NCBI RefSeq assembly: GCF_963974835.1
Contig: NZ_CAXBET010000009.1
Location: 103,424-167,423 of the forward strand
DNA from: an uncultured Algoriphagus sp.
Lineage (GTDB): Bacteria; Bacteroidota; Bacteroidia; Cytophagales; Cyclobacteriaceae
Direction of reading: 5' to 3'
DNA: 64,000 nt
The translations under genes were made by a program, and so were the position numbers. The notes under the pieces were generated by a model, which had not been told where the DNA came from, searched no databases, and was given only the letters and a program-made list of their open reading frames with translations. This document shows, in pieces, positions 10,887 to 21,124 of this stretch (position 1 is the first letter of the stretch; the number at the start of each line of letters is the position of its first letter).

Positions 10887-10894
10887 CAAAATTA
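10887..10894 (-). promoter_or_regulatory. -7 box (TAATTTTG) of the rsmA-mgtE operon
   Basis: TAnnTTTG consensus ~37 nt upstream of rsmA. Confidence 0.55.
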
Positions 10895-10971
10895 AGATAA
10901 TAATTCTAAAGGACTAGCTAACTGACTCAGGCTTGACCAAAGCTTAACAACTAGCCCACATAATATTTTAT

Positions 10972-11994
10972 ATGCATCAACGAAAGATCAAACCCATTAT
11001 CGGGATAAGTATTGGCGACATCAATGGAATCGGTGTGGAAGTCACCATGAAAGCTTTGCTGGACAATCGAACCTATAAGTCCTTCACTCCCTTGATTTAT
11101 GCTCATGGAAAAGCATTTACTTTCTATAGAAAAGTTTTAGGGTTGGATGATTTTAATTTTTCCCAAATCAGAAGTATTGACGAGATCCAACACAAACGGA
11201 TCAATGTCATCAACGTAAGCGAAGATTGTCCTGAGGTAATCCCTGGAGTAGAGACTCATGAGGCAGGGAAATTTGCCTTGGCAGCCTTGAGAATGGCTGT
11301 AAATGATCTGAAAGAAGGAAACATACAAGGTCTGGTAACAGCACCACTGAATAAAAACAATGTTAATTCAGAAGAATTGCATTTTATAGGTCATACAGAA
11401 TTCATCACTGAAGCAGTAGGATCCAAAGAAAGCTTGATGCTGATGGTTGCTGAGCAACTCCGTGTCGGCTTAGTCACTGGTCATGTTCCTTTATCAAAAG
11501 TGGCAGACAATGTAACTCAGGAGCGAATTATCCAAAAAGCCACTATTTTGCTAAACTCACTGGAAAAGGATTTTGGCATCAATAAGCCAAAAATCGCAAT
11601 TCTTGGCCTAAATCCACACGCGGGAGAAGATGGACTTTTGGGTGAAGAAGAAGAGCAAATCATCAAACCTGCAATTCACACCTTAAAGGATCAAAACAAA
11701 ATGGTATTTGGCCCCTATCCCGCTGATGGTTTTTTCGGGATGGCTCATCAGACAAAATTTGACGGGATATTAGCTATGTATCATGATCAGGGATTAGTAC
11801 CTTTCAAATCCATGGCGTTCAGCACTGGAGTTAACTTTACAGCAGGATTGCCTATTGTGAGAACTTCCCCGGACCATGGCACTGCGTACAATATCGCAGG
11901 TAAAAATGTCGCAGACGAAGGCTCTATGCGCGCTGCGATTTTCTTAGCATCGGACATTATTCAACAACATAACCCGCAGGAGTTAGAGGATTAA
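10972..11994 (+). CDS. pdxA: 4-hydroxythreonine-4-phosphate dehydrogenase PdxA
   Basis: GDINGIGVE, GHTEF, GLNPHAGE, MYHDQGL, RTSPDHGTAY. Confidence 0.95.
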   Translation: MHQRKIKPIIGISIGDINGIGVEVTMKALLDNRTYKSFTPLIYAHGKAFTFYRKVLGLDDFNFSQIRSIDEIQHKRINVINVSEDCPEVIPGVETHEAGKFALAALRMAVNDLKEGNIQGLVTAPLNKNNVNSEELHFIGHTEFITEAVGSKESLMLMVAEQLRVGLVTGHVPLSKVADNVTQERIIQKATILLNSLEKDFGINKPKIAILGLNPHAGEDGLLGEEEEQIIKPAIHTLKDQNKMVFGPYPADGFFGMAHQTKFDGILAMYHDQGLVPFKSMAFSTGVNFTAGLPIVRTSPDHGTAYNIAGKNVADEGSMRAAIFLASDIIQQHNPQELED

Positions 11995-12070
11995 GAAGGA
12001 AAACCAGAGATTTATTGAATTAAACCAAAGATTATTTCAAGATCTCTTTCATCCTTTTATAATTATTCAC

Positions 12071-12078
12071 TATTTTTG
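12071..12078 (+). promoter_or_regulatory. -7 box (TATTTTTG) of yceD-rpmF
   Basis: TAnnTTTG consensus 25 nt upstream of the GTG start. Confidence 0.6.
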
Positions 12079-12103
12079 CGGTCTTAAATCGAGAGGAGGT
12101 ATC

Positions 12104-12673
12104 GTGAAATTCTGGAGAACATTTGATATTGAGGTCATTAAGTTCCTCGAAGGCATCCACGAAATTGACTTCGAAATTGGAGATTCATTTTTCCAACACT
12201 TCGAAGACAATGAATTAGTCGAAAAAGGCAAGCTGACCGCACGGGTCATCATGAAAGTCGGAGCAAACGTAATTGAAATGGATTTTCATATTGCAGGAAC
12301 AGTCATACTGACTTGCGATAGAAGTCTGGAGCTATTTGAACAACCTCTGGATTTTCATGAAAAGATGATCTACAAATACGGAGCGGAAGAAAAAGAAATC
12401 GATGAAAACGTCATTATGATTACTAGGGATACTCCCAAAGTCAATGTCGCTCAGTTGATTTACGAATTTATTTTATTGGCTTTGCCTCTGAAAAAAATTC
12501 ACCCGGATTACAGAAACGAAATGGATGATGAGGAATACGAAGGAGAAGGAATCTACGCTTATATAGATGGGCAGGATTCCAGCAGCTCGGAAGATGATTC
12601 AGAATCCGATGAAGATAATACACCAGTCGATCCTAGATGGGATCTTTTAAAAAAGTTAAAAAACAAGGAATAA
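12104..12673 (+). CDS. yceD: YceD/DUF177 ribosomal RNA accumulation protein
   Basis: LTCDRSL, EFILLALP, acidic tail, DPRWDLLK; directly upstream of rpmF. Confidence 0.9.
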   Translation: MKFWRTFDIEVIKFLEGIHEIDFEIGDSFFQHFEDNELVEKGKLTARVIMKVGANVIEMDFHIAGTVILTCDRSLELFEQPLDFHEKMIYKYGAEEKEIDENVIMITRDTPKVNVAQLIYEFILLALPLKKIHPDYRNEMDDEEYEGEGIYAYIDGQDSSSSEDDSESDEDNTPVDPRWDLLKKLKNKE

Positions 12674-12691
12674 TCATAAACCACGCATAAA

Positions 12692-12883
12692 ATGGCACAT
12701 CCTAAACGAAAAATTTCGAAAACCAGAAGAGATAAGAGAAGAACTCATTACAAGTTAGAGGCTCCAGGTTTGGCTAAATGTCCTACTACAGGCGAAATGC
12801 ACCTTCCGCACAGAGCTTTCTGGTTGGACGGTAAATTGTACTACAAAGGACAGGTTATCATCGAAAAAGAAATCTTGGCTTAA
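12692..12883 (+). CDS. rpmF: 50S ribosomal protein L32
   Basis: [19 protein letters not shown]. Confidence 0.97.
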   Translation: MAHPKRKISKTRRDKRRTHYKLEAPGLAKCPTTGEMHLPHRAFWLDGKLYYKGQVIIEKEILA

Positions 12884-12900
12884 TCAGCCACATAAATCTG

Positions 12901-12936
12901 AAAAAATCCATTTGCTAATTGCAGATGGATTTTTTT
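12901..12936 (+). terminator. Intrinsic terminator after rpmF
   Basis: AAAAAATCCATTTGC-TAATT-GCAGATGGATTTTTT stem-loop with T tract. Confidence 0.85.
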
Positions 12937-13022
12937 GTTTTTACCCTTATTCAATCTCCGTATTAAGTAGGGCTATTACTTTCCATTGATGGATTTCTTT
13001 TGGTTCAGAATGACAATTGTAA

Positions 13023-13030
13023 TATTTTTG
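13023..13030 (+). promoter_or_regulatory. -7 box (TATTTTTG) of fabH-efp-accB-accC
   Basis: TAnnTTTG consensus downstream of the rpmF terminator, 82 nt upstream of fabH. Confidence 0.55.
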
Positions 13031-13112
13031 CCTTCCTTACAGGATAGAAAACATCCATAACATACAGCTCGAGATGATTATGATTTGATCATCTTAGCTT
13101 AAACCCAGCATA

Positions 13113-14111
13113 ATGGACAAACTCAGAGCCATGATCACCGGAATACAAGGATACGTTCCGGAATATAGGTTGACTAACAAAGAACTTGAGAAGCTTGTAG
13201 ATACGAACGACGAGTGGATCGTCTCAAGAACAGGAATAAAAGAAAGAAGAATACTTAAAGGAGAAGATCAAGGCACCTCTGTAATGGGAGCCGAAGCTGT
13301 AAGAGGTCTTTTAGAAAAAACCGGAACGGATCCCCTTGATGTGGATTTGATCATTTGTGCAACAGTGACTCCTGACATGCCATTTCCTGCCACAGGTAAT
13401 TTTATCGCAAATCTAGTCGGTGCAAAAAACAGCTACAGCTTTGATGTAGGTGCTGCCTGTTCCGGGTTTTTATTTGCATTGCAGATGGGAAGTCAGTTTA
13501 TACAGACAGGAACTCACAAGAAGGTTATCGTGGTAGGAGCAGATAAAATGTCTTCGATAGTTGATTACACTGACCGTGCTACTTGTATTCTTTTTGGCGA
13601 TGGAGCTGGCGCTGTAATGCTGGAACCTACCACAGAAGATTACGGTATCATGGATGCTATACTGAAATCTGACGGATCAGGCGCTCCTTACCTTCACATG
13701 AAAGCCGGAGGCAGTAATAGACCAGCAACACACGAGACAGTCGACGCCAAAGAACACTTTGCTTATCAGGAAGGCTCTACAGTATTTAAGTTTGCTGTAA
13801 CTAATATGGCAGATGTTAGCGCCGAAATTATGCAGAAAAACAACTTGACTGGTGAAGACATTGCCTGGTTAGTCCCTCATCAGGCTAATATGAGAATTAT
13901 CAATGCAACGGCGAACCGTATGGGGATCGGATCCGAAAAGGTGATGATGAATATAGAAAAATACGGGAACACTACTGCCGCTACCATACCACTATGTCTG
14001 TGGGATTACGAAAGCAAATTGAAAAAAGGTGATAATTTAATCATGGCAGCCTTTGGAGGCGGATTTACCTGGGGTTCCATTTATCTAAAATGGGGCTACG
14101 ACCCAAAATAA
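13113..14111 (+). CDS. fabH: Beta-ketoacyl-ACP synthase III
   Basis: Catalytic AACSGF, PHQAN and YGNTT; AFGGGFTWG. Confidence 0.96.
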   Translation: MDKLRAMITGIQGYVPEYRLTNKELEKLVDTNDEWIVSRTGIKERRILKGEDQGTSVMGAEAVRGLLEKTGTDPLDVDLIICATVTPDMPFPATGNFIANLVGAKNSYSFDVGAACSGFLFALQMGSQFIQTGTHKKVIVVGADKMSSIVDYTDRATCILFGDGAGAVMLEPTTEDYGIMDAILKSDGSGAPYLHMKAGGSNRPATHETVDAKEHFAYQEGSTVFKFAVTNMADVSAEIMQKNNLTGEDIAWLVPHQANMRIINATANRMGIGSEKVMMNIEKYGNTTAATIPLCLWDYESKLKKGDNLIMAAFGGGFTWGSIYLKWGYDPK

Positions 14112-14139
14112 TTTTATTAAAACAATACGATAATACTTT

Positions 14140-14703
14140 ATGGCTAGTACCGCAGATTTTAAAAACGGACTTTGTCTGGTGATGAACAATGATATCTACA
14201 CTATTGTAGAGTTTCAGCATGTCAAGCCTGGCAAAGGTCCTGCATTTGTGAGAACAAAAATGAAAGGAATCACTTCTGGGAAGACTCTTGATAAAACTTT
14301 CAGTGCTGGGGAAAAAGTAGAAACTGCCAGAGTGGAAAAAAGACCACATCAGTTTCTCTATGCAGATGACATGGGTTATAACTTTATGGACACTACCTCT
14401 TTTGAGCAGATTTCTATTGACGAGAAATTAATAGAAAGAGCCAATCTGCTGAAGGATGGTCAACTGGTGGATATTTTGATTCATGATGAGACTGAAACAC
14501 CACTTGCAGTGGAGCTTCCTCCTTTCGTAGAATTGATGATTACCTACACAGAGCCCGGCATCAAGGGGGATACAGCGACAAATGCTCTAAAACCTGCTAC
14601 CGTGGAGACAGGCGCTACAGTGATGGTTCCATTGTTCGTAGAGCAAGACATTCTTATCAAAGTGGATACTCGGGACGGTTCCTACTCAGAAAGAGTAAAA
14701 TAA
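14140..14703 (+). CDS. efp: Elongation factor P
   Basis: [31 protein letters not shown]. Confidence 0.97.
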   Translation: MASTADFKNGLCLVMNNDIYTIVEFQHVKPGKGPAFVRTKMKGITSGKTLDKTFSAGEKVETARVEKRPHQFLYADDMGYNFMDTTSFEQISIDEKLIERANLLKDGQLVDILIHDETETPLAVELPPFVELMITYTEPGIKGDTATNALKPATVETGATVMVPLFVEQDILIKVDTRDGSYSERVK

Positions 14704-14799
14704 CTTAGTTAAGCTGTCTGATTTCATTAAATTACACAGCTTTATTCTTTTAAAAAATCATTCTAAAATGCCTTTTGGCACACCTAAATAAATAGACCT

Positions 14800-15276
14800 A
14801 TGAAAGCAAAAGAGATTCAGGAGTTGATTGATTACATCTCCAATTCTGGTTTGGCGGAAGTTAAAATCAAAACTGACGAGTTTGAACTTTCTATTAAAAA
14901 ATATGCTGATTCCTCTGCCCCTAGAATGGTGGAAGCTCCCGCACCAGCTCCTATCGCAGCACCAGCCCCAGCTCAACCGGCAACACCACAAGCTTCGGCT
15001 CCTACTCCTGCAGCAGAGGCGGCTCCATCAAATTTGGTAGAGATCAAATCCCCAATGATCGGAACTTTCTATCTTACCTCAAGCCCGGATGCTGATCCTT
15101 TTGTAGCAGTGGGAGATACTGTAAAAGCTGGAGAGACAGTGTGCATAATAGAAGCAATGAAGCTTTTCAATGAGATCGAATCTGAAATTTCAGGGAAAAT
15201 CGTTAAAATTTTGGTGAGCAATTCTACGCCTGTAGAATATGATCAGCCCTTGTTCCTTGTAGATCCAGCGGGTTAA
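14800..15276 (+). CDS. accB: Acetyl-CoA carboxylase biotin carboxyl carrier protein
   Basis: [10 protein letters not shown] biotinylation motif; Pro/Ala linker. Confidence 0.96.
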   Translation: MKAKEIQELIDYISNSGLAEVKIKTDEFELSIKKYADSSAPRMVEAPAPAPIAAPAPAQPATPQASAPTPAAEAAPSNLVEIKSPMIGTFYLTSSPDADPFVAVGDTVKAGETVCIIEAMKLFNEIESEISGKIVKILVSNSTPVEYDQPLFLVDPAG

Positions 15277-15300
15277 TTTTTTAATTAAAAATAAATAGCT

Positions 15301-16650
15301 GTGTTTAAAAAAATACTAATTGCCAATAGAGGCGAAATTGCACTCAGAATAATCCGTACCTGTAAAGAAATGGGGATTGAGACTGTGGCTGTCTACTCTA
15401 CTGCGGATAAAGATAGTTTACACGTAAGGTTTGCTGATGAAGCAGTTTGCATAGGTCCGGCACCGAGCCGAGAATCCTACCTAAACATCCCAAGAATTAT
15501 TGCTGCTGCAGAGATTACCAATGCAGATGCTATACATCCAGGATATGGATTCCTTTCAGAAAATGCAGAATTTTCTAAAATCTGTGAAGAGTACGGAATC
15601 AAGTTTATAGGTGCCAGTGCTGAGATGATCAATCAGATGGGTGACAAGGCTACTGCCAAAGCAACCATGAAAGCGGCTGGTGTTCCTACCATTCCAGGTT
15701 CAGAGGGAGTTTTGGAAACTATGGAGCAAGGCATCAAGCTTGCCAATGAAATGGGATATCCAGTTATCCTAAAAGCAACCGCCGGAGGTGGTGGACGAGG
15801 AATGCGTATTGTGAAGGAAGAAGCTGGTTTCAAAAAAGCTTGGGACGACGCAAGAATGGAATCCGGTGCAGCCTTCGGAAACGACGGCTTGTATCTTGAA
15901 AAATACGTTGAAGAACCTCGCCACATAGAGATTCAAATTATTGGAGATAAAACTGGTAAAGCATGCCATCTCTCAGAAAGAGATTGCTCTATTCAGAGAA
16001 GACACCAGAAATTAGTTGAGGAGACCCCTTCCCCATTTATCACTGACGAACTTCGTGAAGCTATGGGAAAGGCTGCTATCAAAGGCGCTGAAGCTATTGG
16101 TTACGAAGGAGCCGGAACCGTGGAATTCCTTGTCGATAAGCATCGCAATTTCTTTTTCATGGAGATGAATACCCGAATTCAGGTAGAGCACCCAATCACT
16201 GAAGAAGTTACAGATTTCGACTTGATCAAAGAACAAATCAAAGTAGCAGCTGGTGAGACGATTTCCGGAAGAAATTACTATCCAAAGCTTTACGCCATGG
16301 AATGTAGAATCAACGCAGAAGATCCTGCTCATGGTTTTAGACCTAGTCCAGGTAAAATTCAGAATCTTCATATTCCTGGTGGACGTGGAGTTAGAATTGA
16401 TTCGCACGTATATGCAGGCTATGTCATTCCTCCTAATTACGATTCGATGATAGCCAAGCTGATAGTCAGTGGCCAATCAAGAGAAGAAGTAATCGTGAGA
16501 ATGAAAAGAGCTTTGGAGGAATTTGTAATTGACGGTGTAAAAACTACAATTCCTTTCCATATCGCATTACTGGAAAATGAACAATTTAAGGAAGGTAACT
16601 TCACTACGAAATTCTTAGAAGACTTCGATTTCTCTGTAATCAAAGGATAA
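15301..16650 (+). CDS. accC: Acetyl-CoA carboxylase biotin carboxylase subunit
   Basis: [37 protein letters not shown]. Confidence 0.97.
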   Translation: MFKKILIANRGEIALRIIRTCKEMGIETVAVYSTADKDSLHVRFADEAVCIGPAPSRESYLNIPRIIAAAEITNADAIHPGYGFLSENAEFSKICEEYGIKFIGASAEMINQMGDKATAKATMKAAGVPTIPGSEGVLETMEQGIKLANEMGYPVILKATAGGGGRGMRIVKEEAGFKKAWDDARMESGAAFGNDGLYLEKYVEEPRHIEIQIIGDKTGKACHLSERDCSIQRRHQKLVEETPSPFITDELREAMGKAAIKGAEAIGYEGAGTVEFLVDKHRNFFFMEMNTRIQVEHPITEEVTDFDLIKEQIKVAAGETISGRNYYPKLYAMECRINAEDPAHGFRPSPGKIQNLHIPGGRGVRIDSHVYAGYVIPPNYDSMIAKLIVSGQSREEVIVRMKRALEEFVIDGVKTTIPFHIALLENEQFKEGNFTTKFLEDFDFSVIKG

Positions 16651-16669
16651 TCAATAGTTACCTCAATTG

Positions 16670-16700
16670 AAAAGCTGCCTTTAAGTAGGCAGCTTTTTTT
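16670..16700 (+). terminator. Intrinsic terminator after accC (bidirectional shape)
   Basis: AAAAGCTGCCT-TTAAGT-AGGCAGCTTTT plus TTT. Confidence 0.9.
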
Positions 16701-16709
16701 GCTTATATA

Positions 16710-17081
16710 TCATCTGGACCAATAGGTCCATGCTAAAGTGGCACCCAAGCTTTCCGTCTAACTTTGATATACTCTATTTGATTTATAGGAATACGAATGG
16801 CCTTAGGTTGGTTTAACTTTTTGCCTCCATCCTTCCATACTTCTCCAAAGAGATACCCTCCCTCTCCTCTAGCAAAGACCAAGTAGGCCATCTTCATACC
16901 CTTTCTTGCTACTTTTATTTCTTCACCTTCCAGAATGTTTTGAAGTCCTAGGATTTCATCTGCAAGTTCAGGAGTCTCAATTATATACTTTGGATTAAGA
17001 CTGTTGTGATTTTTGTAAGCCTTGCAGGAAGTTAGGAAAAGAATAGATTGTTAAAATGAAAAATGAAGCTCGTTTTTTCAT
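16710..17081 (-). pseudogene. Frameshifted gene for a small lipoprotein
   Basis: ATG at 17081 gives MKKRASFFILTI and soon stops. A 1-nt shift continues ILFLTS-C (lipobox) KAYKNHNSLNPKY...IEYIKVRRK for ~100 codons to TAG at 16733. A second shift would give SLGATLAWTYWSR* ending at 16710. Confidence 0.6.
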
Positions 17082-17348
17082 TGCCAATTTTAGCCTTTGT
17101 TTAATCTAAACTTCTAATTAGTAAAACTATAGAACCTAAAAAATAAAACTTACTTCTGCAAAGTAGATGCTTGAAATTCATTAATTGCAAAATCTAAAAT
17201 TTGCAAAACTTTCTTTTGTTAAATGATATTTTCACTTAAGTTATTGCCATTCAATTAAAAAACGAATTCAAAAATCTTCTGATCAGGATGCTATTTGTCC
17301 AAATTATCACTAGTTTGAAAATGTTTTAACCAGTGATCTGACCCAAAA

Positions 17349-19661
17349 ATGACTTTCCCCACTATCAATAGACTTTTGGCATTAACTTGCCTCGGATTCA
17401 CGATTTTTAGTTGTAATACAAAGCAGTCCAGCGAAATACAACTTTCGGAGATCGAACAGGTCAGCTACAACTTCCATATTCGGCCTATACTTTCTGACAA
17501 ATGCTTTGCTTGTCATGGTCCGGATGCAAATAAAAGAGAATCAGATCTTAGGTTAGATACAGAAACTGGAGCTTTTGCAGCTTTGAAAGATGACCCCAGT
17601 CAATTTGTAATTAAGCCAGGCAACCTAGAAGAATCTACTGTTTATCATAGAATCACTTCCGAAGACCCAGGAGAGCTCATGCCTCCGCCAGAGTCAAATC
17701 TTGCCTTATCTAACACGGAAATAGAGCTAATCAAAAAATGGATTGAGCAGGGTGCCAAATACGAACCACACTGGGCTTTTGTACCAGCAGAAAAATCCCC
17801 TCTTCCTGAAGAAACTGCCTGGACTACAAACGAAATTGATCGCTTTACCTTAAAGAAAATGAAGGAAAAAGGCCTTCAGCCAAATCCAGAAGCTGAGCCT
17901 TATGAATTAATTAAAAGAGCAAGTCTAGATCTTACAGGCTTACCTCCTAGCCCAGAAGTATTGGATAAGTTTGGTGATTTCTCAGGAGAAAATTCTTATG
18001 AAGATTTACTGGATGGATTACTTGCTGATCCAGGTTTTGGAGAAAAACTAGCTATACTCTGGATGGATATATCCCGATATTCAGATAGCTACGGTTATCA
18101 GGATGATAATATCCGCACGCAGTGGCCATACCGTGACTGGGTGATTCATGCGTTCAATGAAAACATGCCATATGATCAATTTGTCACCTGGCAACTTGCT
18201 GGAGACCTTTTGCCAGATCCTAGCAAGGAACAAATATTAGCAACTGCATTCAATAGAAATCATAAGTACACTGAAGAAGGTGGTGTAATAGACGAAGAAT
18301 ACAGAATCGAGTACGTGCTGGATAAAACCAATACGGTAAGCAAGGGACTTTTAGGAGTCACTATGGAGTGCGCTCAATGTCACGATCACAAGTACGATCC
18401 TTTCTCGCAGAAAGAGTATTATCAGATGTTTGCCTTTTTTAATAATTCTCCTGAAAAAGGATATGAAGGTGACGTCTCTCAATCAAAGCCCGCTAAAACC
18501 CCGATTCTATGGGTGGACCAGGAAGATCTTTCTGGGGTAATGAGTTTCATTAACTATTCTGACACTACTAAACTGAGTGTTTCAGTAATGGGAGAATTAG
18601 AGGAACAAAGACCTACCTACATTCTGGATAGAGGTGTTTATGATGCTCCAACAGTGGAAGTTGAGCCATCTACGCCAATTTCGATCATGGAGTTCTCTCC
18701 AGAATTGGAAAAGAACCGTTTAGGACTTGCCAATTGGATTACTGACAAAAAGAATCCGCTGACTGCCAGAGTGTTTGTTAATTTGATGTGGCAGGAGATT
18801 TTCGGCCAAGGAATTGTCAAAACTGCTGGTGATTTTGGTATGCAGGGTGATCTACCGACGCACCCAGAACTTTTGGATTGGCTGGCAGTTGATTTCATAG
18901 AAAATGGCTGGGATATAAAAAGGTTGATGAAGCAAATACTCACCTCGTCAACCTACAAGCAAAGCGCTGTTATCACAGAAAAGCATCTCAACACCGACCC
19001 AGCAAACCTCTACTTAGCAAGAGCTCCCCGACTTAGACTACCTGCCGAAAACATTCAGGATTTGGTATTGGCTAGTAGTGGATTGCTTGTAAGAAAGCTT
19101 GGTGGACCTAGTGTTAAGCCTTATATGCCAGAAGGAATCTGGGAGGCTGCCACTTCTGGAAGAGGTGTATTGGCAACCTATGTTCAAGACAAGGGAGATA
19201 AGCTTTATAGAAGAGGGTTATACAATTTCATCAAATTAACTGTGCCCCCACCAAAAGCTATCATTTTCGATTCGAGCAATCGGGATCGATGTGAGATTGG
19301 TAGAAGCAGAACAAATACCCCACTACAAGCACTAGTAATGATGAATGACCCTATGATTTTGGAGGCATCCAGAGTCTTGGCGAGTAAGATGTGGGAGGAA
19401 AATAAAGAAGAGGAAAAAGCAATTGCGACCTCTTTCAAACGCATAGTTTGTAGGGATTTAACAAGTAAGGAGATGTCTATCCTACTCTCCTATTATGAAG
19501 ACCAATTAAATCGATTTAATGAAAATCCAGATCAGATTCTTTCGACTTTAAGCGTCGGAGAATATCCTCTGGAAGAGAAAAACATAAACCCAGAAACTGC
19601 AGCGCTCATGCAAGTAATTGTAAGTATTTACAATCTGGAAGAAACTATTACCAAGAGCTGA
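17349..19661 (+). CDS. Planctomycete-type cytochrome c (PSCyt1) + DUF1549 + DUF1553 lipoprotein
   Basis: Lipobox FTIFS-C; CFACH and CAQCH heme motifs; WAFVP, IDRF, WMDISRYSDSYG, MGVTMECAQCHDHKYDP, THPELLDWLA, NTPLQALVMMND. Confidence 0.92.
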   Translation: MTFPTINRLLALTCLGFTIFSCNTKQSSEIQLSEIEQVSYNFHIRPILSDKCFACHGPDANKRESDLRLDTETGAFAALKDDPSQFVIKPGNLEESTVYHRITSEDPGELMPPPESNLALSNTEIELIKKWIEQGAKYEPHWAFVPAEKSPLPEETAWTTNEIDRFTLKKMKEKGLQPNPEAEPYELIKRASLDLTGLPPSPEVLDKFGDFSGENSYEDLLDGLLADPGFGEKLAILWMDISRYSDSYGYQDDNIRTQWPYRDWVIHAFNENMPYDQFVTWQLAGDLLPDPSKEQILATAFNRNHKYTEEGGVIDEEYRIEYVLDKTNTVSKGLLGVTMECAQCHDHKYDPFSQKEYYQMFAFFNNSPEKGYEGDVSQSKPAKTPILWVDQEDLSGVMSFINYSDTTKLSVSVMGELEEQRPTYILDRGVYDAPTVEVEPSTPISIMEFSPELEKNRLGLANWITDKKNPLTARVFVNLMWQEIFGQGIVKTAGDFGMQGDLPTHPELLDWLAVDFIENGWDIKRLMKQILTSSTYKQSAVITEKHLNTDPANLYLARAPRLRLPAENIQDLVLASSGLLVRKLGGPSVKPYMPEGIWEAATSGRGVLATYVQDKGDKLYRRGLYNFIKLTVPPPKAIIFDSSNRDRCEIGRSRTNTPLQALVMMNDPMILEASRVLASKMWEENKEEEKAIATSFKRIVCRDLTSKEMSILLSYYEDQLNRFNENPDQILSTLSVGEYPLEEKNINPETAALMQVIVSIYNLEETITKS

Positions 19662-19662
19662 T

Positions 19663-21117
19663 ATGGAAAAGGAAATATTAGAAGAAGGGATGAATCACAA
19701 CCGTAGAAAATTTCTATCGAGACTTAGTCTTGGAGTAGGAAGTCTTGCATTGGGTTCATTATTGGTACCTGATCTTTTCTCAGGAAAATCAGAGGCAGAA
19801 GATGCCATGATGAATGCATTGCCTCACTTTGCTCCAAAAGCCAAAAGAGTGATTTATCTGTTTCAAAATGGCGCTCCAAGTCAACTGGAATCTTTTGATT
19901 ACAAACCAGAATTGATCAAAAGAATGGGAGAAGAACTTCCTGAGTCCATTCGCGGGACTCAAAGACTAACAGGAATGACTGCTGGTCAATCTTCTTTCCC
20001 ATTAGTTGGGTCTAATTATAAGTTTAATCAATACGGAGAATCAAGGGCTTGGATTTCAGAAGTTTTCCCACATACAGCTGGAATAGTGGATGATATCTGT
20101 ATTGTGAAATCCATGCACACAGATGCCATCAATCACGACCCGGCACTTACATTTTTCCAAACTGGAGCTCAGGTTGGAAACCGTCCGAGTATGGGGTCTT
20201 GGCTGAGTTATGGTTTGGGATCTGAGAACAGCAACTTACCTGCGTTTTCTGTTCTACTGAGCCGAGGACGTGGAAATGGCCAAGGTGTGTATTCTAAACT
20301 TTGGAGCAATGGCTTTTTGGATGCTACTCACCAAGGCGTTCAGTTTTCAAACTCTGAAGACCCGGTCCTATATCTGAAAGATCCAGAATCAATGAGTCGC
20401 TCGGAAAGACGCAAAATGATTGATCAGATTGCAGCCATGAATGACATTAGCATGCAGCAATTCAATGATCCTGAAATAGCAGCTAAAGTGAAGCAGTATG
20501 AGATGGCGTACCGTATGCAAACTGCTGTTCCGGAAATGACTGATATTTCCAAAGAGCCAGAGAGCATCATCAAACTTTATGGACCAGATTGTTTGGTTCC
20601 AGGCACCTATGCTGCCAATTGTCTTCTTGCGAGAAAGCTTTCTGAAAGCGGTGTTCGCTTCGTGCAGCTCTATCATCAGGGTTGGGACCAACATGGCAAT
20701 TTGCCAAATGAAATGCGCCTACAAGCTGAAGACGTAGATCAAGCATCTGCTGCACTAATTACAGATCTCAAGCAACGAGGTTTATTGGATGAGACACTAG
20801 TTATCTGGGGTGGTGAATTTGGAAGAACTAACTACTGTCAAGGAAAAATACAAGTTGACAATTACGGTCGTGATCACCATCCTAGAGCCTTCTCTATTTG
20901 GATGGCCGGCGGCGGTGTGAAGTCAGGAATGGTCTATGGGGAGACAGACGATTTTGGTTACAATATTTCCGAAAACCCAGTTCACGTACATGATTTCCAA
21001 GCAACAGTCCTTCACTTGATGGGAATCGACCACGAGCGAATGACCTATAAGCACCTAGGACGTAGATATCGACTAACGGATGTCTCAGGTAAAGTTGTAA
21101 AAGACATAATTGCTTAA
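19663..21117 (+). CDS. DUF1501 domain protein (Tat signal, alkaline phosphatase/sulfatase-like)
   Basis: NRRKFL twin-arginine signal; AKRVIYLFQNGAPSQLESFD, GWDQH, WGGEFGRT, GRDHH. Confidence 0.92.
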   Translation: MEKEILEEGMNHNRRKFLSRLSLGVGSLALGSLLVPDLFSGKSEAEDAMMNALPHFAPKAKRVIYLFQNGAPSQLESFDYKPELIKRMGEELPESIRGTQRLTGMTAGQSSFPLVGSNYKFNQYGESRAWISEVFPHTAGIVDDICIVKSMHTDAINHDPALTFFQTGAQVGNRPSMGSWLSYGLGSENSNLPAFSVLLSRGRGNGQGVYSKLWSNGFLDATHQGVQFSNSEDPVLYLKDPESMSRSERRKMIDQIAAMNDISMQQFNDPEIAAKVKQYEMAYRMQTAVPEMTDISKEPESIIKLYGPDCLVPGTYAANCLLARKLSESGVRFVQLYHQGWDQHGNLPNEMRLQAEDVDQASAALITDLKQRGLLDETLVIWGGEFGRTNYCQGKIQVDNYGRDHHPRAFSIWMAGGGVKSGMVYGETDDFGYNISENPVHVHDFQATVLHLMGIDHERMTYKHLGRRYRLTDVSGKVVKDIIA

Positions 21118-21124
21118 AATCAAT

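Noticed and set aside
14920-15030. Repetitive GCA/CCA-rich stretch in accB
   Set aside because: This is the normal Pro/Ala linker of BCCP, not a DNA repeat element.
17150-17215. Repeated TGCAAA motifs upstream of the cytochrome/DUF1501 cluster
   Set aside because: Irregular spacing in very AT-rich DNA; not enough to call an operator.
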